Source of the DNA: Callorhinchus milii
Taxonomy: Eukaryota
Direction: 5' to 3'
Length of the DNA: 64,000 nucleotides
NCBI RefSeq assembly: GCF_018977255.1
Contig: NW_024704744.1
Span: forward strand, 97,340,001-97,404,000
Shown: in pieces, positions 1 to 13,699 of the stretch
Layout of the letters: each line of letters begins with the position of its first letter
Numbering within the stretch: position 1 is the stretch's first letter
Translations under genes and position numbers: made by a program
Notes under the pieces: generated by a model
What the model was told of the DNA's origin: nothing
What the model saw: only the letters and a program-made list of their open reading frames with translations
The model's database searches: none

Positions 1-1090
1 CAAAGAAGACCAGCTATTTCAGGACACAAAACAAAAGCAACATTTAACAACTTCTGCACAAAGGTTAGCTAATAATTTGTATTTTTCAATCTGCATTTCA
101 CTTGTTCAGTGCCAATAAGGACGATGGCAAATATCCAATGCAGGAGGCAATTTAACCCGGGTTTAGAACCACTTATTTGACCAGTAATGAGCAGAACTTT
201 GCATTTCAGAGATCTAGAATTTTGATGAATTGAAGTCGATTGGTTTTACGCAGTTTTTGAAATAACAGCCATGCAGTAAATGGACGATATGATCTGGAGG
301 ATTGTTGGCTGGACATTGGGACAACGAGTCTTGCGTCCACAGCCTTCCAACACAAGAGGCAACAGTGCTGCCAACTGAACCGGGCAGACACTTGCGCCTT
401 GGCGACGCAGGTCACACAAGGGGAAAGCAGGACAGTACAAAAATAAAAGAAATATAAATTAAATAACACTGGGTCCTCCCGTGCTGTTCACGAAGGCTCG
501 CGAACGTTTCATTTCGCACGTATACTAATACCTTCCCTTGAAAGCATAGACTGAACATGAAGTATTAATGAGCAGCGTGGATTAGATGCTGATGGGTTCT
601 AATCTTTATTGCCGTTGCAAGCTTCAGTCTGCACATCTGCAAACCGCAGATATAAAACTTGCTCCTGCCTTTGCTGCGCTCCCAGAATCGGGCAGATTGC
701 CAGTGGTAAAAGATAAATCTCACACAGTGTTGTCCAAAGCAACTTTCAACAGCACTTGCGATAGCTAAGGGGTAACATTTGCAGTTAATTAACACAAGGA
801 AAGGATTAAGAAACTCTGCAAATTTTACCCACAAAGTTGCTGCGTTAATGATCCCCAAATCATTCGGCATGTAACATTATTGTTCAATTACGCATTCTAA
901 TGTTAGAGGCTCACTGTTTGTGTGATGTCTGAAAGATTCACCGCTAGCACCTACTTGACCCATGTTTGTGTGAGCTGCTGCAGTGACAATCAAACTCTTA
1001 AAAAGACAGTAAAAGTTTTAACATTGCCCTTTGTGGATGGAAACAAATCAAATTCAAAGGGATTTCAATTGAGCCCGTGCTGCTTGCATA

Positions 1091-1460
1091 AATAATAATA
1101 ACTAATCTCGCAGTTTGACACAGCTGCTTATCATGTCTTCCAGATGTCTCAAAGCACTTCACAAAATATACTGTAAAATGAATTGTAAAATGACTGTATA
1201 TTTTGCGGGCAAAACAAGGCAGCCAATTGCGCACAGCAGCGTGCCACAAACAGTCGTGGATTGAACTTAACTTTTTTAAGAAATCATTACCCTCCGGAAA
1301 AGCGATCCGCCAATCGACTAACAACCAGGTTCCCACTTACTGCTAAGGTAAAGAGAGCCATGTGGAGTAAGGACAGTTGCCCAACATTTGGCCCTGCTGG
1401 GAATTGAACCCAGGTCCTCTCACTTGCGAGGGGAGCGCTCTAACCATTGAGCTGCAAGAC
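1091..1460 (-). mobile_element. tRNA-derived CORE SINE (SINE2-1_CM-like), full length
   Basis: tRNA-like head with A/B boxes, CORE-like gggcaa..tccttactccac, Deu/L2-like tail. Confidence 0.85.
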
Positions 1461-2294
1461 GTCACACGAGAGTTTAATAAATGAGACACTGATTGGAATT
1501 GGAGAAGAATAAACCCAGAAGAATGCCCTCGCCAGGGCAGGAGGGCAAGAGGGCACTGATTCAGGGCTGCAAAAGGCAATTACAGGGCAGACGCCAAGAA
1601 GTATTTCCTTACGTAGAGTGTAATCAACGGGGATTACAGAAAGGATGGTTGAGGTAAGGATTCTAGACTCAAGCTGCAAGGGTCGCATTGGTTTTCTAGA
1701 GGGATCAAAGGACATTTTTCATCTGAACCTCCCCTGAAAACCCGATTAACCCCATTTTAAGCTACTTTCAATTATTTTGAGGGTGAGGATTTAGGGTCTA
1801 TTTAAAAGGCAGGGATCGATGATCCAGTGGAGAAAAAAAGCGCAAATTAGTGAGGTGAGTATTGAAGGTTGCGGGTTTGAAGCCTCCCAGGTGGTACGTA
1901 TTTAGTTTCTGTCCTGCCCTTGTTTATGGCGACATCAAAATCACTCAACTGTTTTGCTGATCGCTCCCAGCCGTTCTGTATTCTCAATGCAATTTATCCC
2001 AATGTAAAGGGGTTCTGCATCACATTTGATCCACCTTTCTTATTTGAAGGTTGACTTATCTAATGCATGTGTGCTGCTTAAATAGAAAGGGAGGCTTATT
2101 TACCTATCGGAGAAGACAAGCGAAAGTAGCTGCGTGTAAATCCCGTCAAGTTAATTGAATACGCAGCAAAATAAAGTCAGCTCTGAATTTAAGTCAGCTT
2201 ATTAAAGCGGATAGAGTGTTAAAGAGAGGTTGAAGTTGCACAGAGCACAGGTATGAAGTACAGAGCTGCTGGTACAGCTTATTTTTTTACGGGA

Positions 2295-2295
<1 letters not shown>

Positions 2296-2330
<35 letters not shown>
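2296..2330. repeat. (AAT)n microsatellite at a SINE tail
   Basis: About 11 perfect units. Confidence 0.9.
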
Positions 2331-2414
2331 CCCGGCATTTGATATTGCGCCTTATCACGGCTTTGAGGCATATACTGTAAAGTTAATTGATTGTATATTT
2401 TGTAGGTGAAATGA

Positions 2415-2800
2415 TTTAAGCCCCACGTTGGGACTTAGAACCCACATAGTCTAAGAAATTGACATTCCAATGCAGTACCGGGAGATGTGCACTGTTGGAA
2501 TACCGCCCTTCTGACGAGACTTTAAATCAAGGTCCCGCCTACCTGTTCAGATGGAAATTAACGATCCTACTTAAAGAGAGAAGGGACTTTCTCCCGGTGT
2601 CCTGGTCAACGATCCCTCAGTTAGAATCGGCCATTCACTTCATGGCTGTTTACTGGACGCTGCTGTGTGCAATTGGCTGCCGAATTCTCTCACAAAAAAC
2701 ACAGTCACACCAAGTTACAGTATATCCGAGGAAGCACTTTGGGACGTCCTCCTGGTGTGAAAAATGCTACACAAATGTAAGGATGATTATTATTTATAAA
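2415..2800 (+). mobile_element. Deu-domain SINE (SacSINE1/AmnSINE1-like)
   Basis: gagactttaaatcaaggtcccgcctacctgttcagatgg...ttctcccggtgtcctgg Deu motif plus tail. Confidence 0.75.
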
Positions 2801-4279
2801 TGAATCGAACCGCTAATAACAATGAGTCAAGTTAATTCAAAAGAACTGATCAATCCAGAGAAAACGGGCCACTCTGCTTGCTTTGCGACCGTGTGCGTTG
2901 TTTTGTTGGCTTCGCCTCTCCATCATTTTCATCTACGTAAGAAATCAGAGCCTTGATCTCACCATTCCAGTGCCGGTTGCTTTAAAGCCCCCATGTGTGG
3001 CAGCTATGAATTTCACAGGAGAGAGGCAAAGAGTTGTACTTGTGTTATACAGAGATGAATGATTCTCAGCTGCAATGCGTAAGTGCTGTGCTGGGAAGTG
3101 TGCAGCAGGTGTGTTTTAATATCCTATTATCGCCACTGTAATGTGAATAAATCTCAAATGTTAAATACCGTATGGGGGAAAGATATAGTATGCTACAGGT
3201 GCTCCCCAAGGAAAACAATTCATTGTACAATAATTTGTTTTATGGATTGCAATTTGTCATTAATAAAATTCAATGCAGTAATCAACTGTAAATTAACACA
3301 AGTGAGAAAAAGTACTCACCTCCTTCAATCCATTGCCGCTCCATGCATTAAAATGTATGAAATGATCTAAAAATTTATATAATTTAACTTTTCGAAATTT
3401 AATCTGCTTTTTCTTTCCCCCACAAACCATTCTAGATGCTAATCGTAAAATTATAATTATTATGCCCAGTGTTGGTTGTTTAATGCTGAATTTTCCAGAA
3501 GCATGGGAATTAACTTGATCTTTCTGTAAAACACGTTGACTGAAAAATGTGCCTTTTTCATTACAATCTGATGGCAAACGACAGAACAATGGGCCTTCAA
3601 TCCGAGTGCTGCATCGAGTTTGAGTCCATCTCATAACCGGCTCCACTGACGTTCAAGGCAAGCGATTAGGAGGAGATACACCTGAGACATTGTCTTAATC
3701 TAAATGTTGGTGTTGGTTCCTTCTCTACCCTGCAAGCCCATTTTTAGTTGTTCTTTTTCAGAAATAAAACACCTGAAATTTAATGACACACTGAGCCAAG
3801 GTTGGTCATTATCTGTTGGTTTGTACCTTTATTTCACAAAGTCGCCCAACTCAGCCCAGTCTGTGAAGCAGTCTGGTGGTTAGGGGTGAAGGGGTCCCTA
3901 TTGTTATTTATTATTATTATTATTGGTAAACTTTCCATCGAAAACATAAGAACCCATGTAACAAGCAAAAAATCATTTGGCCCTTTTCTTTCTCTTCTTA
4001 TTCTTTCTCCAAAAAAAAAACTCCACCTTGAGAATCCCTGAATTCCAAAGTAAATCCAGTAAAAACTTTAGGATGTTCTATTAGCAGATTCAAACCTGCA
4101 GTTTTTCCCTTCACAGAAAATATTCCCACCCCACCCCAAGGTCCAAAAGCAAGGAAAGTGTTCCTGTGGAGTACATGTCAATCTCAGTCTGCACCTCTCT
4201 CTTAACACAACATGATTTACATTTATTTAGCACCTTTCGTGTTGGGAGGAAATCCCAAATGCATTCACGGTAATACTTA

Positions 4280-4640
4280 TTAGAACATAAGAATGTGTTA
4301 GGCGAAAGAAGACCAAAGTCCGTATAGTTCACCTTCCACCATCCTGGCAGCTGCTTGACGTGTCGTTTCCCAAACTACCTTTTGTATCCCAAGGTATTAC
4401 TTACAAACAGAAATCTATCTGATAAGTTCTTGAAACAAACAACACTTGCTGCTTTGACCATCTCCCTAAGGAGCCTGTTCCATACTAGTATTTCTGCAGA
4501 TTTGTTCTGAATTTACCCCCCATCAATTGCAGGCTGTGTTCTCTGGTTCTGCTGTTCAGTACAAGGTAAAACAGCTCATCATCGTCTACTTATCCAGTCC
4601 CATCAGAATCTTAAAGACAGCAATCATGTCACTGCTCAAC
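4280..4640 (-). mobile_element. CR1 LINE 3' remnant
   Basis: Minus strand reads LEKRRLSSDMIAVFKILMG (CR1 ORF2 C-terminus) and ends in a TTCTTATGTTCT tail. Confidence 0.7.
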
Positions 4641-4981
4641 CTTCTCTTCTCCAAACAACTACTTATCCAATTCCTATTGGAAGCAGTTACTGACGCAGCA
4701 TCAGGCTTTTGTTTGAAGTTCACCCCATATACCTATTGACGTGTTGGGAATATATTGCTAATCTCTCATCCGAATGGTCTTCTTTGCCTAATATTTGAAG
4801 TGTTTAAATGTTTGATCTCCTGACTGCTCTCACGGTCTTGTTAAATAGCCTGTTTACATCCACCTCAGCAATGGCTCTCATCATTATTAAAGACCACGAT
4901 CAAAGCTTTCCTCATTTATTTCTGTAATGAGAACAGGTTCAACAATATGAACCTCCTCACAACACATCTCACAATTGTCCT

Positions 4982-6760
4982 TGTTAGATTATCATTATCT
5001 CCATCAACCTTCGCCCAATTATCAGACAGACGTCTTAATGGAGAAACCCCTTTAAGAGATCAACTGAGACTGGATAGAATAGGAAACTGGATATAAAAGG
5101 ACACTGGGAAAGGAGGGCCACATTGTGGGTTGTTATTGAGAAGATAAGATTCAAATAAACTCTTAACACATCTGTACTTAATGATATGTATGACATGGTG
5201 TTAGAAATAAACTGAACCACGACCGGAAAAGGCAAACCAAGTGGACACGGACATTGAAAGTAAATGACAATCAACCGTGAGTTTGGGGGCGTCGTGGATC
5301 CAGATTACATATTAAGGCGTGTGCAAATACCAAGACTGTTGAAACTCACAGGAAATTTGTGACATATTTTCAATGGGATTTCTGGGGACAGCAGTTTCAA
5401 TGGGATTTCTGGATATTTGCAATAGTTACTAACTTGCCGCCACAACCAGAAAGACAGCAAAAGGCAATATTCTAAACCTGGATGGAGAGGAGGCATGAAA
5501 GTATTTTGAAACACTAGAGAGAGACATTGAGATGTTGTTAGAAAATATGAATGGAATACACTGAGATGTTTTGGACGCAATAATGTGTCAGTTGATAGAT
5601 GTAAATTTGGAAGCGAGGACCAGCAGAAGTTTTTACACAGTATTTTGTGGGGCCAGATCATTAAGCAAATCATGCAACTATCGGGCAGTAAGAAACAAAA
5701 TGATAAAAGACCAAACAGTAATCTGAATATGATGCAACAAAGTGAGCAATAATATAAATAATAAAATAATTCTTTCATGTGATATAGAGCCTTATCAATC
5801 ACGTCTTCGAGACGTCTCAAAGCGCTTCACAGAATATACTGTAAAGTGAATTGACTGCATGTTTTGTGGGCGAAACGTGGCAGCCAATTGCGCACAACAG
5901 CGTCCCACAAACAGTCGTGGATTCAATGATCGAATTATTATTTTTTTAACGGAAGAGCAATCCCCCAATCAACAACCGGCTTCCTACTTATTGCTAGGTA
6001 AACAGAGGCGTGTGGAGTAAGGAAACTTACCCAACTCTTCGCCCCACCCAGGAATTGAACCCAGGTCTCTCGCTTGCGAGGCGAGTGCTCTAACCACTGA
6101 GCTACAGCAATAAGTTGTTGAAACAGGACAAATTGAGTTAATCGAAATGTGAGACGAAATGCAAACACGTGCAAGAAAGAGAAGAAAGTTGAAAAGGATT
6201 TAGAAGTAGATGAATGGGTTCAATGGCGGCACTGGAATGATTCGGACGAGGAATATAGGATTAGAAAAAAATGCAGGAGAAAGAAAAAGAATGGGTGACA
6301 TCATTATGGTGCACAAAAAGGGAAATTGCATAAAATATAAGCGAGATACTGGAGCCCAAGCAAATGTAATGTTGTAGAAGTTTATTGAAGTTTGGGAGAA
6401 CAAGGGGAAGATAATCAGAACTAATTGCATGCAACAGAGGGGGAAATCAAGACAGTAGGGCAGAGTAGAGATAGACGGAAAAGTACAAAAGCAAGTTGTA
6501 TGAACTAAAAAAAAATTGCAGAGCGAAAATGAGGGTAAAAACTTTGAACTTCCAGACATGAACAAAATGAAATAGTTGAAAAGATTCAAAGTGTAAACAA
6601 AGAAGAAAGCAAACCACAAGAAAGTGAGGAACTGTTGGAAAACTACAAGCGGGTTTCCAGAATGTGTCTCGAGAATACACGGCAGAGATGCAATACAGAG
6701 TCCCAGGAAGAAACGCATGTGGCAGATCCGTTAAGTAAGGCAGAGATCAAAGAAGGAAAC
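4982..6760 (+). mobile_element. Decayed Gypsy-type LTR retrotransposon (LTR, PBS, gag, protease, RNase H remnants)
   Basis: TATAAAA 5092, AATAAA 5154, CA|TGGTGTTAGAA PBS-like junction at 5195. Broken gag (LKLTGNL, QKAIF, GEEA, NVSVDRCKF), protease KYKRDTGAQANVM near 6333, and HVADPLSKA near 6716. Confidence 0.75.
5760..6108 (-). mobile_element. CORE SINE, full length, nested in the Gypsy relic
   Basis: Same head, core and tail as the other copies. Confidence 0.87.
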
Positions 6761-7002
6761 TGGGAACAGCAACAAGATTGCATCTGTATAGCGCCTTTCA
6801 CGTCGGGAGGACGTCCCAAGGCGCTGGACAGAGCATAGCATTTCAGACCCGAGCTGGGGTCGGTGGGGGGTGGCTGGTGGCATGATCGAAGAGGAAGAAA
6901 ATGAAGAGACAAAAGACTAGAACGAGATGGAGCACAGTGTATGGGAAATGGCAAAAACAACCCCAGTGAGTGAGGAAAATGTGGGAAGCCAAGCAATTAC
7001 TC

Positions 7003-7192
7003 AAGATGTTTTCAAGGCTGAGACTGATAGATTCTTGAAAAATAGAGGGGTTAGGGGATATGGGGATAGGGCGGGTAATCAGAGTTAGGTGAGAAGATCA
7101 GCCATGATCTTATTGAATGGCGGAGCACAGGCACGAAGGGCCGAATGGCCGACTCCTGCTCCTAATTCTTATGTTCTTATGTTCTTATGTTC
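7003..7192 (+). mobile_element. CR1 LINE 3' end, well preserved
   Basis: gatcagccatgatcttattgaatggcggagc...gggccgaatggccgactcctgctcct, followed by a (TTCTTATG)3 tail. Confidence 0.88.
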
Positions 7193-10100
7193 AAAACTGA
7201 TGGCATAAAGCAGGAGGGAGGCAAGAGGGGAGCAAACCTAAACCCTGGAGATCAATTCCTGGCATCAAATTGCACAGAGTAAATTAAATGTAATCGTAAT
7301 TGAATTTTAACACTGAGCAGGTAATACTGTAGTAAGAGGACCTATGATCGAACTCCAAGGTGTCTGGGATACTGCCAACAGAGCCAACAGGAAGGGAGAT
7401 GAAGGGGTGAAGTGAATCAGTCGAAACCTGAGGTCGGAACCAGTCAGATGAGTCTGTCCGTTAATGTAGAGGATGTGTGGCTGTGAGCTTCACCTTTTCT
7501 TTTGTAATGAATGATCACTGAATGCCTGTGGGACTCCCTGGTGTATTTCTGACGCCTTTCTCCCCACGCGGGTTCTGTGAAAAGCAATAAAACGGACAGT
7601 TTATTTGAAGACTGCCTCAGAGTGTTTACTCTTGTCGGCTCAGCTCCGCTAGCCTGTGCAGGAGTTCCTGTCTCCGTCTTGACAGGAGCACAATTCGAAG
7701 AACATTTTAAAAATAAATGCCCTCACTTGGAAAACCAGATCAGCCTTTTTTTCTTCTGCAGTCCAACTCTAACAGCTGTGTTTGGCTTTTCAGAGTCTTT
7801 GGTGACATCAAGTTGACCTGCCCTTAAATGGACCTTTGAATGGCGACCTGTGACTTTGGAGAAAATTAGGATATATTCACATTGTGCAGCAATGGTGCAA
7901 TGGAGAGTAATCCCTCCATGAATCATTGCTTTTACGTTGGAAATTTACCGAGTCGGTTAAACAGAGTGCCTCCTCTCAACCCGAATGGAGTGAAATAAAT
8001 CTTAACGTTCCAATTCTCTTCGAAGAAAACTGGATGATTGCTGTTACATTGCAGTTACTATTTGCATCTTCTCAGCTTCCAATGTGTGCAGTTCACAAAC
8101 AATAACACCGGTGCACATATTCTATGATTACGTCCCTTGGAGCTAGGAGAAGAACTCTAGAATTACTTGGGGAACGTAAATAACAACAACAACCACCACA
8201 ACAACTTGCATTTACATAGCGCCCTTCACGTGGGGTAGCCTCCCATATGTAAGTTGTCATTACAAGCAGCAGAAAGACTTCTTTGCCGTGGAAGGTGCCA
8301 ACAACAACTTACATTTGTATAGCGTCTTTCACGTCAGGAGGACGTCCCAAAGCCGCTGGAGGCTGAACGGGATTATCCGCTCCCAAGTCCACGTGGTATT
8401 GGAGATTCGGAGGGGTCCCAGAAGGTTTAAGAAAAAAATATAATGACTTATTGTTGCATTTATAATGTCAACATGCCTCAAGCACAACACTGGGAATGTG
8501 TATCAAATGTATTTGGCGGCAAAGTGCAGCAGCGGCAGCAGCTAATTTACACGCAATAAAATTGTAAAAGCTGCCATGAAATGGAAGATCGATGACCTGG
8601 GGAATATGGTCGTAGAATCCAAAACACGCACCTGAACAGGCAAATGGTTTAAATGTTTCATGTCGTCAAAGAATCTTTTGAATTTTACACAGATCGGCGC
8701 AATCCTAAATGTTAAGACAAAGTAGTCGTATAAGGTAAGAACAGGTGGAATTTCAAGCCTCGTGTCTTAATTAATATCCACTGCTCCCATATTCAAAGGC
8801 TGACCTGGCATTGAATGAGACAATGCCGAGTGGGTGAATCATATCATTGAAAGTCCTGACCTGTCCCAAAGGGACAAGTGTCTGTATTATTCGGCAAAGG
8901 GTGTAATGGCAGTTGTTGGAGAAGAAGAAATTCCTTGTGGTTTGGTGAGTGTCAGCCTCATCTCTGAGTCAGAAGGGAGATTATCCCCCAGTGACCTGGT
9001 CAACAATGCTCAAACTAAAAAAAAAATGTAATTCACTTCACGGATGTTTGTACGTAATTTGGCTGCTACATTCACCCCCGAGGCACACAATCACTTCACT
9101 TCATAGTATATCCTGTGACGTTCTTTGTGACATCCTCCCGACATAAACGATGCTTAGTCAAATGCAAGGATTATTATTGTAATTATTATTATTATTATTA
9201 TTTATTGTCATTGCCATTGTTATTTTTATTTTGTTATTAACAACACCTACTTTACGCAAGCACCAATCCTAGCAATGTCTACAGCAGGAGTTATAGGGAA
9301 ATATGGAGGAATCAATGGGGCTGAAGCTGGGTTAGAGGCGATGGAAGATGAAGAGGTATCAGCCAATACAGACCCGAGGCTCGAATAATCTGAGTTCGCC
9401 ACTTGAGAAGTATTAGGACCCACATCTCTTCTGCTTTGAATTTGAAGAGAGAAAATATCGGGAACACTTTATTAGCGGAAACATCTGAAATCCTGCGCCT
9501 CTGGATGTGGGACGAGATCTTCGCTGAGGTTAGCAATGTGAGCAAGATCGCTCACGGTGGGTGAGAAATTCCTGCGGTTGGTAAATTCGATGACATGGAC
9601 AACATGTCGCGAACCATTTTGTTTTTTTTAGCGCACATTCAGTAATGCCCCTAACAGTTAGTGGTGCGTGGAAATAGTTGTCCTTGGGTCACTGTTGTGA
9701 TGACTCTGTTTCGAAGCGTTTGGTTCATGTCAATCTACAGTCAAAGACGAGTCTCGAAAAGGATAGCATCATCAAAGGGGAACAAACTATCTCTTTTCCA
9801 AAGAGCCCTCAGCGAATTGGAGCACTGGTTATGATTTCAGTGATAACAGCCTCCTCGAGAAACTGTCATCTTTCCTCTGAAGAGGCTTTTCGGCTTCGAT
9901 GAACTGCTGGATGTAGTTCACGCTCGTCCCACGAAGATGACACAATAGATGAAGACAAGCTGTGCAAAAGATACACTCTACTCAAAGCTGCGAAGCAGCG
10001 AACCAGGCCAAAAGAGACACAGCAAAACAGAAGAGGTGTTTCCCAGCTTCCGCAGTGCGGTTGCCAGCGCCCGTTTCAAACCGTCCATGTACAAATGGAG

Positions 10101-12727
10101 GATTTTATCTCCGCAAAGGCCATCGCAGCAGGTCTTTTGACAGAAGGGAATGTTGACGGCTACTGAGAATTATAGGACGAGGTGTTTATAGCCTTCTCGC
10201 TTTGCTGAATAAGGCCGTGTTGCCGGCTGTAACATTGAACTCACCACATTGAGGAGAGGTGGAAACAAAAAAAAAAAGTGGGATCTTTCATGACAGATTC
10301 GAAGTGATGATATGTCTATTTAAAAATGAAACAGGATTTAAATCAACAGTGACTGGATGGCCTTGGGTATGAATACCCCTACTCGCACAAAAAGACTTCA
10401 GCAGAATGGTTGAGCCCCAACCTGGCCAGTGGCTGCCGTATTAGTCCAGGCTGGTGGCCGCTGCTATCATATTGGTTCTGATCGTTGGCTGTGCACAGAA
10501 TATGGAGACCTCGGATTATTGACTCAAATAATGCAATTGTTTAAAAGACAATTATTGCATCAAATGTGTTATGAACCATTGCATTTTTGTGTTTTGCCCA
10601 CAAAATGCAATCAATTCACTTTACAGTATAATAATAACATTAGTAATAATCCTTGCATTCGATATAGCACCTTATCAAGTCTTCTAGATGTCTCAAAGCG
10701 CATCACAGAATATACTGTAAAGTGAATTGACTCTTTATTTGGTTGGCAAAATGTCCTGTATATTCTGTGAAGCGCTTTGAGACGTCTCAAAGACTTGATA
10801 AGGTGCTATATCAAATGCAAGGTTTATTATTATTTATTAATATTTTTCACCCATCAGTTTTAAGGACCATTCAAGTCAAGGCATAAAAAATAATTTAAAT
10901 AATCCTTGCATATGATACAGCGCCTTTCACATCAAGAGGAAGTCTCCATCCGCCTCACAGGATTTATTCCAAAGTGCAGTGACTATATATTTTGTGGGTG
11001 AAAGCAGCAACCAATTTGCACGCAGCAATGTTGCACAAACATCCACGAAGTGAATGATCAACTTTACCAGGGGAATATTGGCCAGGAAAATTGATTGATA
11101 TATAACTACAGTACGTTTGCCTATAAATACACAGTCGCTTCACTTTACAGCTATTGCCTGTTAAATGGTTTAAGAAGTTTGAACATTACATGAAATGGAA
11201 GGATTTTTTTTTCCTTTATTATTATGCTAGCTTTATTACCAAATGAACAACTTTTAAAATAAGAGGCAAAATACCGAGGCATGATTTAAGGTACCAGATT
11301 TGGCAGGATTTTTTTTTGTAGCAGTGCCTGTTAGTATAGATTTATAAACCTGTCAACTTATATTGCCGTTTTAAAAAGACCTGCTGTTGTATTGTTTTAA
11401 TACAGCCCCACAGAGAATGGGGGTCAGGATTGCAGATGGCAAAGCCTGTACAGATGGATTTCTGCTGGTTTGGGGAAAAAATAAATCTGCCCTCTATTCT
11501 CTAGAGTTATTGTCAAGCGCAGCGAGATTAAGCATCTCCACAAACAAGCTCCTCCGTGGTTAGATTGCACAGCCTAACGTAATCACCTTTGCAGACTAGA
11601 AAGGTCCTCGGTTTGTAACCGGTTTGTTAGCTAAGTTAGCTAACTTCACTGAAAGTTGTATAAGTCTTGTATTAGCCTATGTTCTGACTGGTACGCAGAT
11701 CCTTGCTCTATTGTATTCGTGCAAACATTGATTGTCAATACATGTATTGGCATTGGCGGTGCGAGGTATCGTTTTTCTGTCCCTGCGACCATAAAAATGC
11801 TTTTTTTCTCGTTTTTTTGCATCCATCTTTATTGGGCGCGCAGTCATCTTAATGATTGATTTCTCCTGCGGTCTCCGAAATGTCAATATCGGAAATAAAG
11901 GAAGAACATAAAAATCTCTCTCTTTAGTTTTTTTTTTGCTGGAGATCTTGTTGTACAGGGACACGAAAGTTGTCAATGCAATGAATTCACACACCAAAAT
12001 GCACGCAAGAAGCAGGTGCTGGCTCAATAAATGATGGAAGAGTACAGATCTATCATGTGAGAAGAGTTGGGAAATTAAACCTAAATTGATGCTCTGTATC
12101 AGTTAACTTGGAGGTATGGAAGAATAATATGGATTACCTTGTTCGGAGATGACTTCTCTCTCCGTGGTGAAGCGTTTAACCTCCCCTCAGTGTGTGAGGA
12201 ATGTGGATGAGAAACCTTTGCTCTACAATATCGGACAGTGAAGGCCCAACAACCTTCGGGGGGGTGGCTGAAATGTGATCATTTTTAATAGGAATCCTTA
12301 TATCCTTATCCGAGCTGCACAAATGGGGATTTTTACAGTAACCAGGGGTGCGTTATGCTGCATTATCGGAATGCTCTCGCGGTGTAATTTGCTTCCAGAG
12401 CAGACGGAGTCAGCGGGATTTCCAATGGGATTCCTTATTAAGGAATTGCATTAAAAAAAACGATCACATTTTAGACTCCTTTCTAAAATCCTGGTAAATT
12501 TGATCGAGACAAGGATTATACTCCGGTACAGGATTCACCTCGGCTGCTTATTAAACATTTCTTACCGTGTAGACACCCCGGTAGTTTAGGTCAGGAATGA
12601 ACTGGAAGATTCAAACTATCCACTTGATTACATGGCGGACACCTCATCTGACCCCATTTTCTGTTGATGGCAGCTAAACTATGTGGAGTTCCTCAAATCC
12701 CTCCCAATGTCAAGGTAAATATGAAGC

Positions 12728-12945
12728 TCACAACAACTGCAACTTAGCGTCCCAGAGCGCCTGACAGTGGAGGAGTCTCTCCTCGAGCCAGGGAGAGAGG
12801 GGGAGGGAGGTGACCGTAAGCACGATCAAAAGAAGAAGGTCTTGAGGCGGGATTTGAAAGTGGGGAGGGAGGAAGGGGTCAAGGCTGAGGGACTGAGGGA
12901 AGGAGTTCCAGAGTTTCGGGGCGCAGTGGCTGAAGGCACAGCCAC
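12728..12945 (-). mobile_element. L2 LINE 3' end
   Basis: AFSHCAPKLWNSFP ORF2 C-terminus, pyrimidine-rich 3' UTR, (TTG)n tail. Confidence 0.8.
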
Positions 12946-13249
12946 TGACCAGCAATCTTCCACGTGAATTGATCAATCATTTCACGGCTGTTTGTGGGTC
13001 TTTTTGTGTACAAGTTAGTGCTGCTTTGCCCACGCAATCAGTTACTGCAATTACCAGCGAAATGTTTTGAACTTGTAAACGCTATATCAAATGCAAGTAC
13101 TATGATTATTATTATTATTATGATTATTATTGTTATCATTACTACAAAGTCGATACGCTTTATTTAGATCGAATGAAAAATAAGTAGATCGCTGACCTTT
13201 CCAAACGATGCGCACCATCAATAAAATACAGTACAATACGTCGCAACAC

Positions 13250-13430
13250 ACCGAAACTCTGGAACACTCTCCCTCAATCCGTCCGTCTTACCCCCCCCCA
13301 CCCCCCTTTCCCCCCTTTTTCAATTCCCTGTGCTTACGGTCACCTCCCAGTCACACCCCGCCTCGGCTCAGAGTCAGGCTCCACTACAGTTAGGCGCTCT
13401 GAGACGCGGAGGGCGAGTTGTTGTGGTTGT
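13250..13430 (+). mobile_element. L2 LINE 3' end
   Basis: Homologous to the 12728 and 29200 copies (aaactctggaacactctccctcaatcc...gttgttg). Confidence 0.7.
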
Positions 13431-13699
13431 ACAATAACCAAAGCACTGCAGACTCTGGGGAAGTCAACTCCTTTCATGAGATAATAAGGCACGTCATTTC
13501 ACTCGGATAATCCTTGAATTTGCATCCTTTCAACCTGACACCAAAGACCAACTCTCCAGCAAACTGAAAGACGCAGAAACAGAATTGTGAAACACAACAG
13601 AACAGAGTATATAAATGCAAGTTGTTGTTGTTGCTGCTGAACTTGTACGAAACAAGTCAGCAGATTGGCTTGACTGCCAATCACACGGGCAGAAAGCAA

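Noticed and set aside
206-870. Short overlapping ORFs at the window start
   Set aside because: No recognisable protein and no consistent splice sites.
5305-6718. Two hydrophobic minus-strand ORFs of about 170 aa
   Set aside because: Antisense shadow of the A-rich Gypsy relic.
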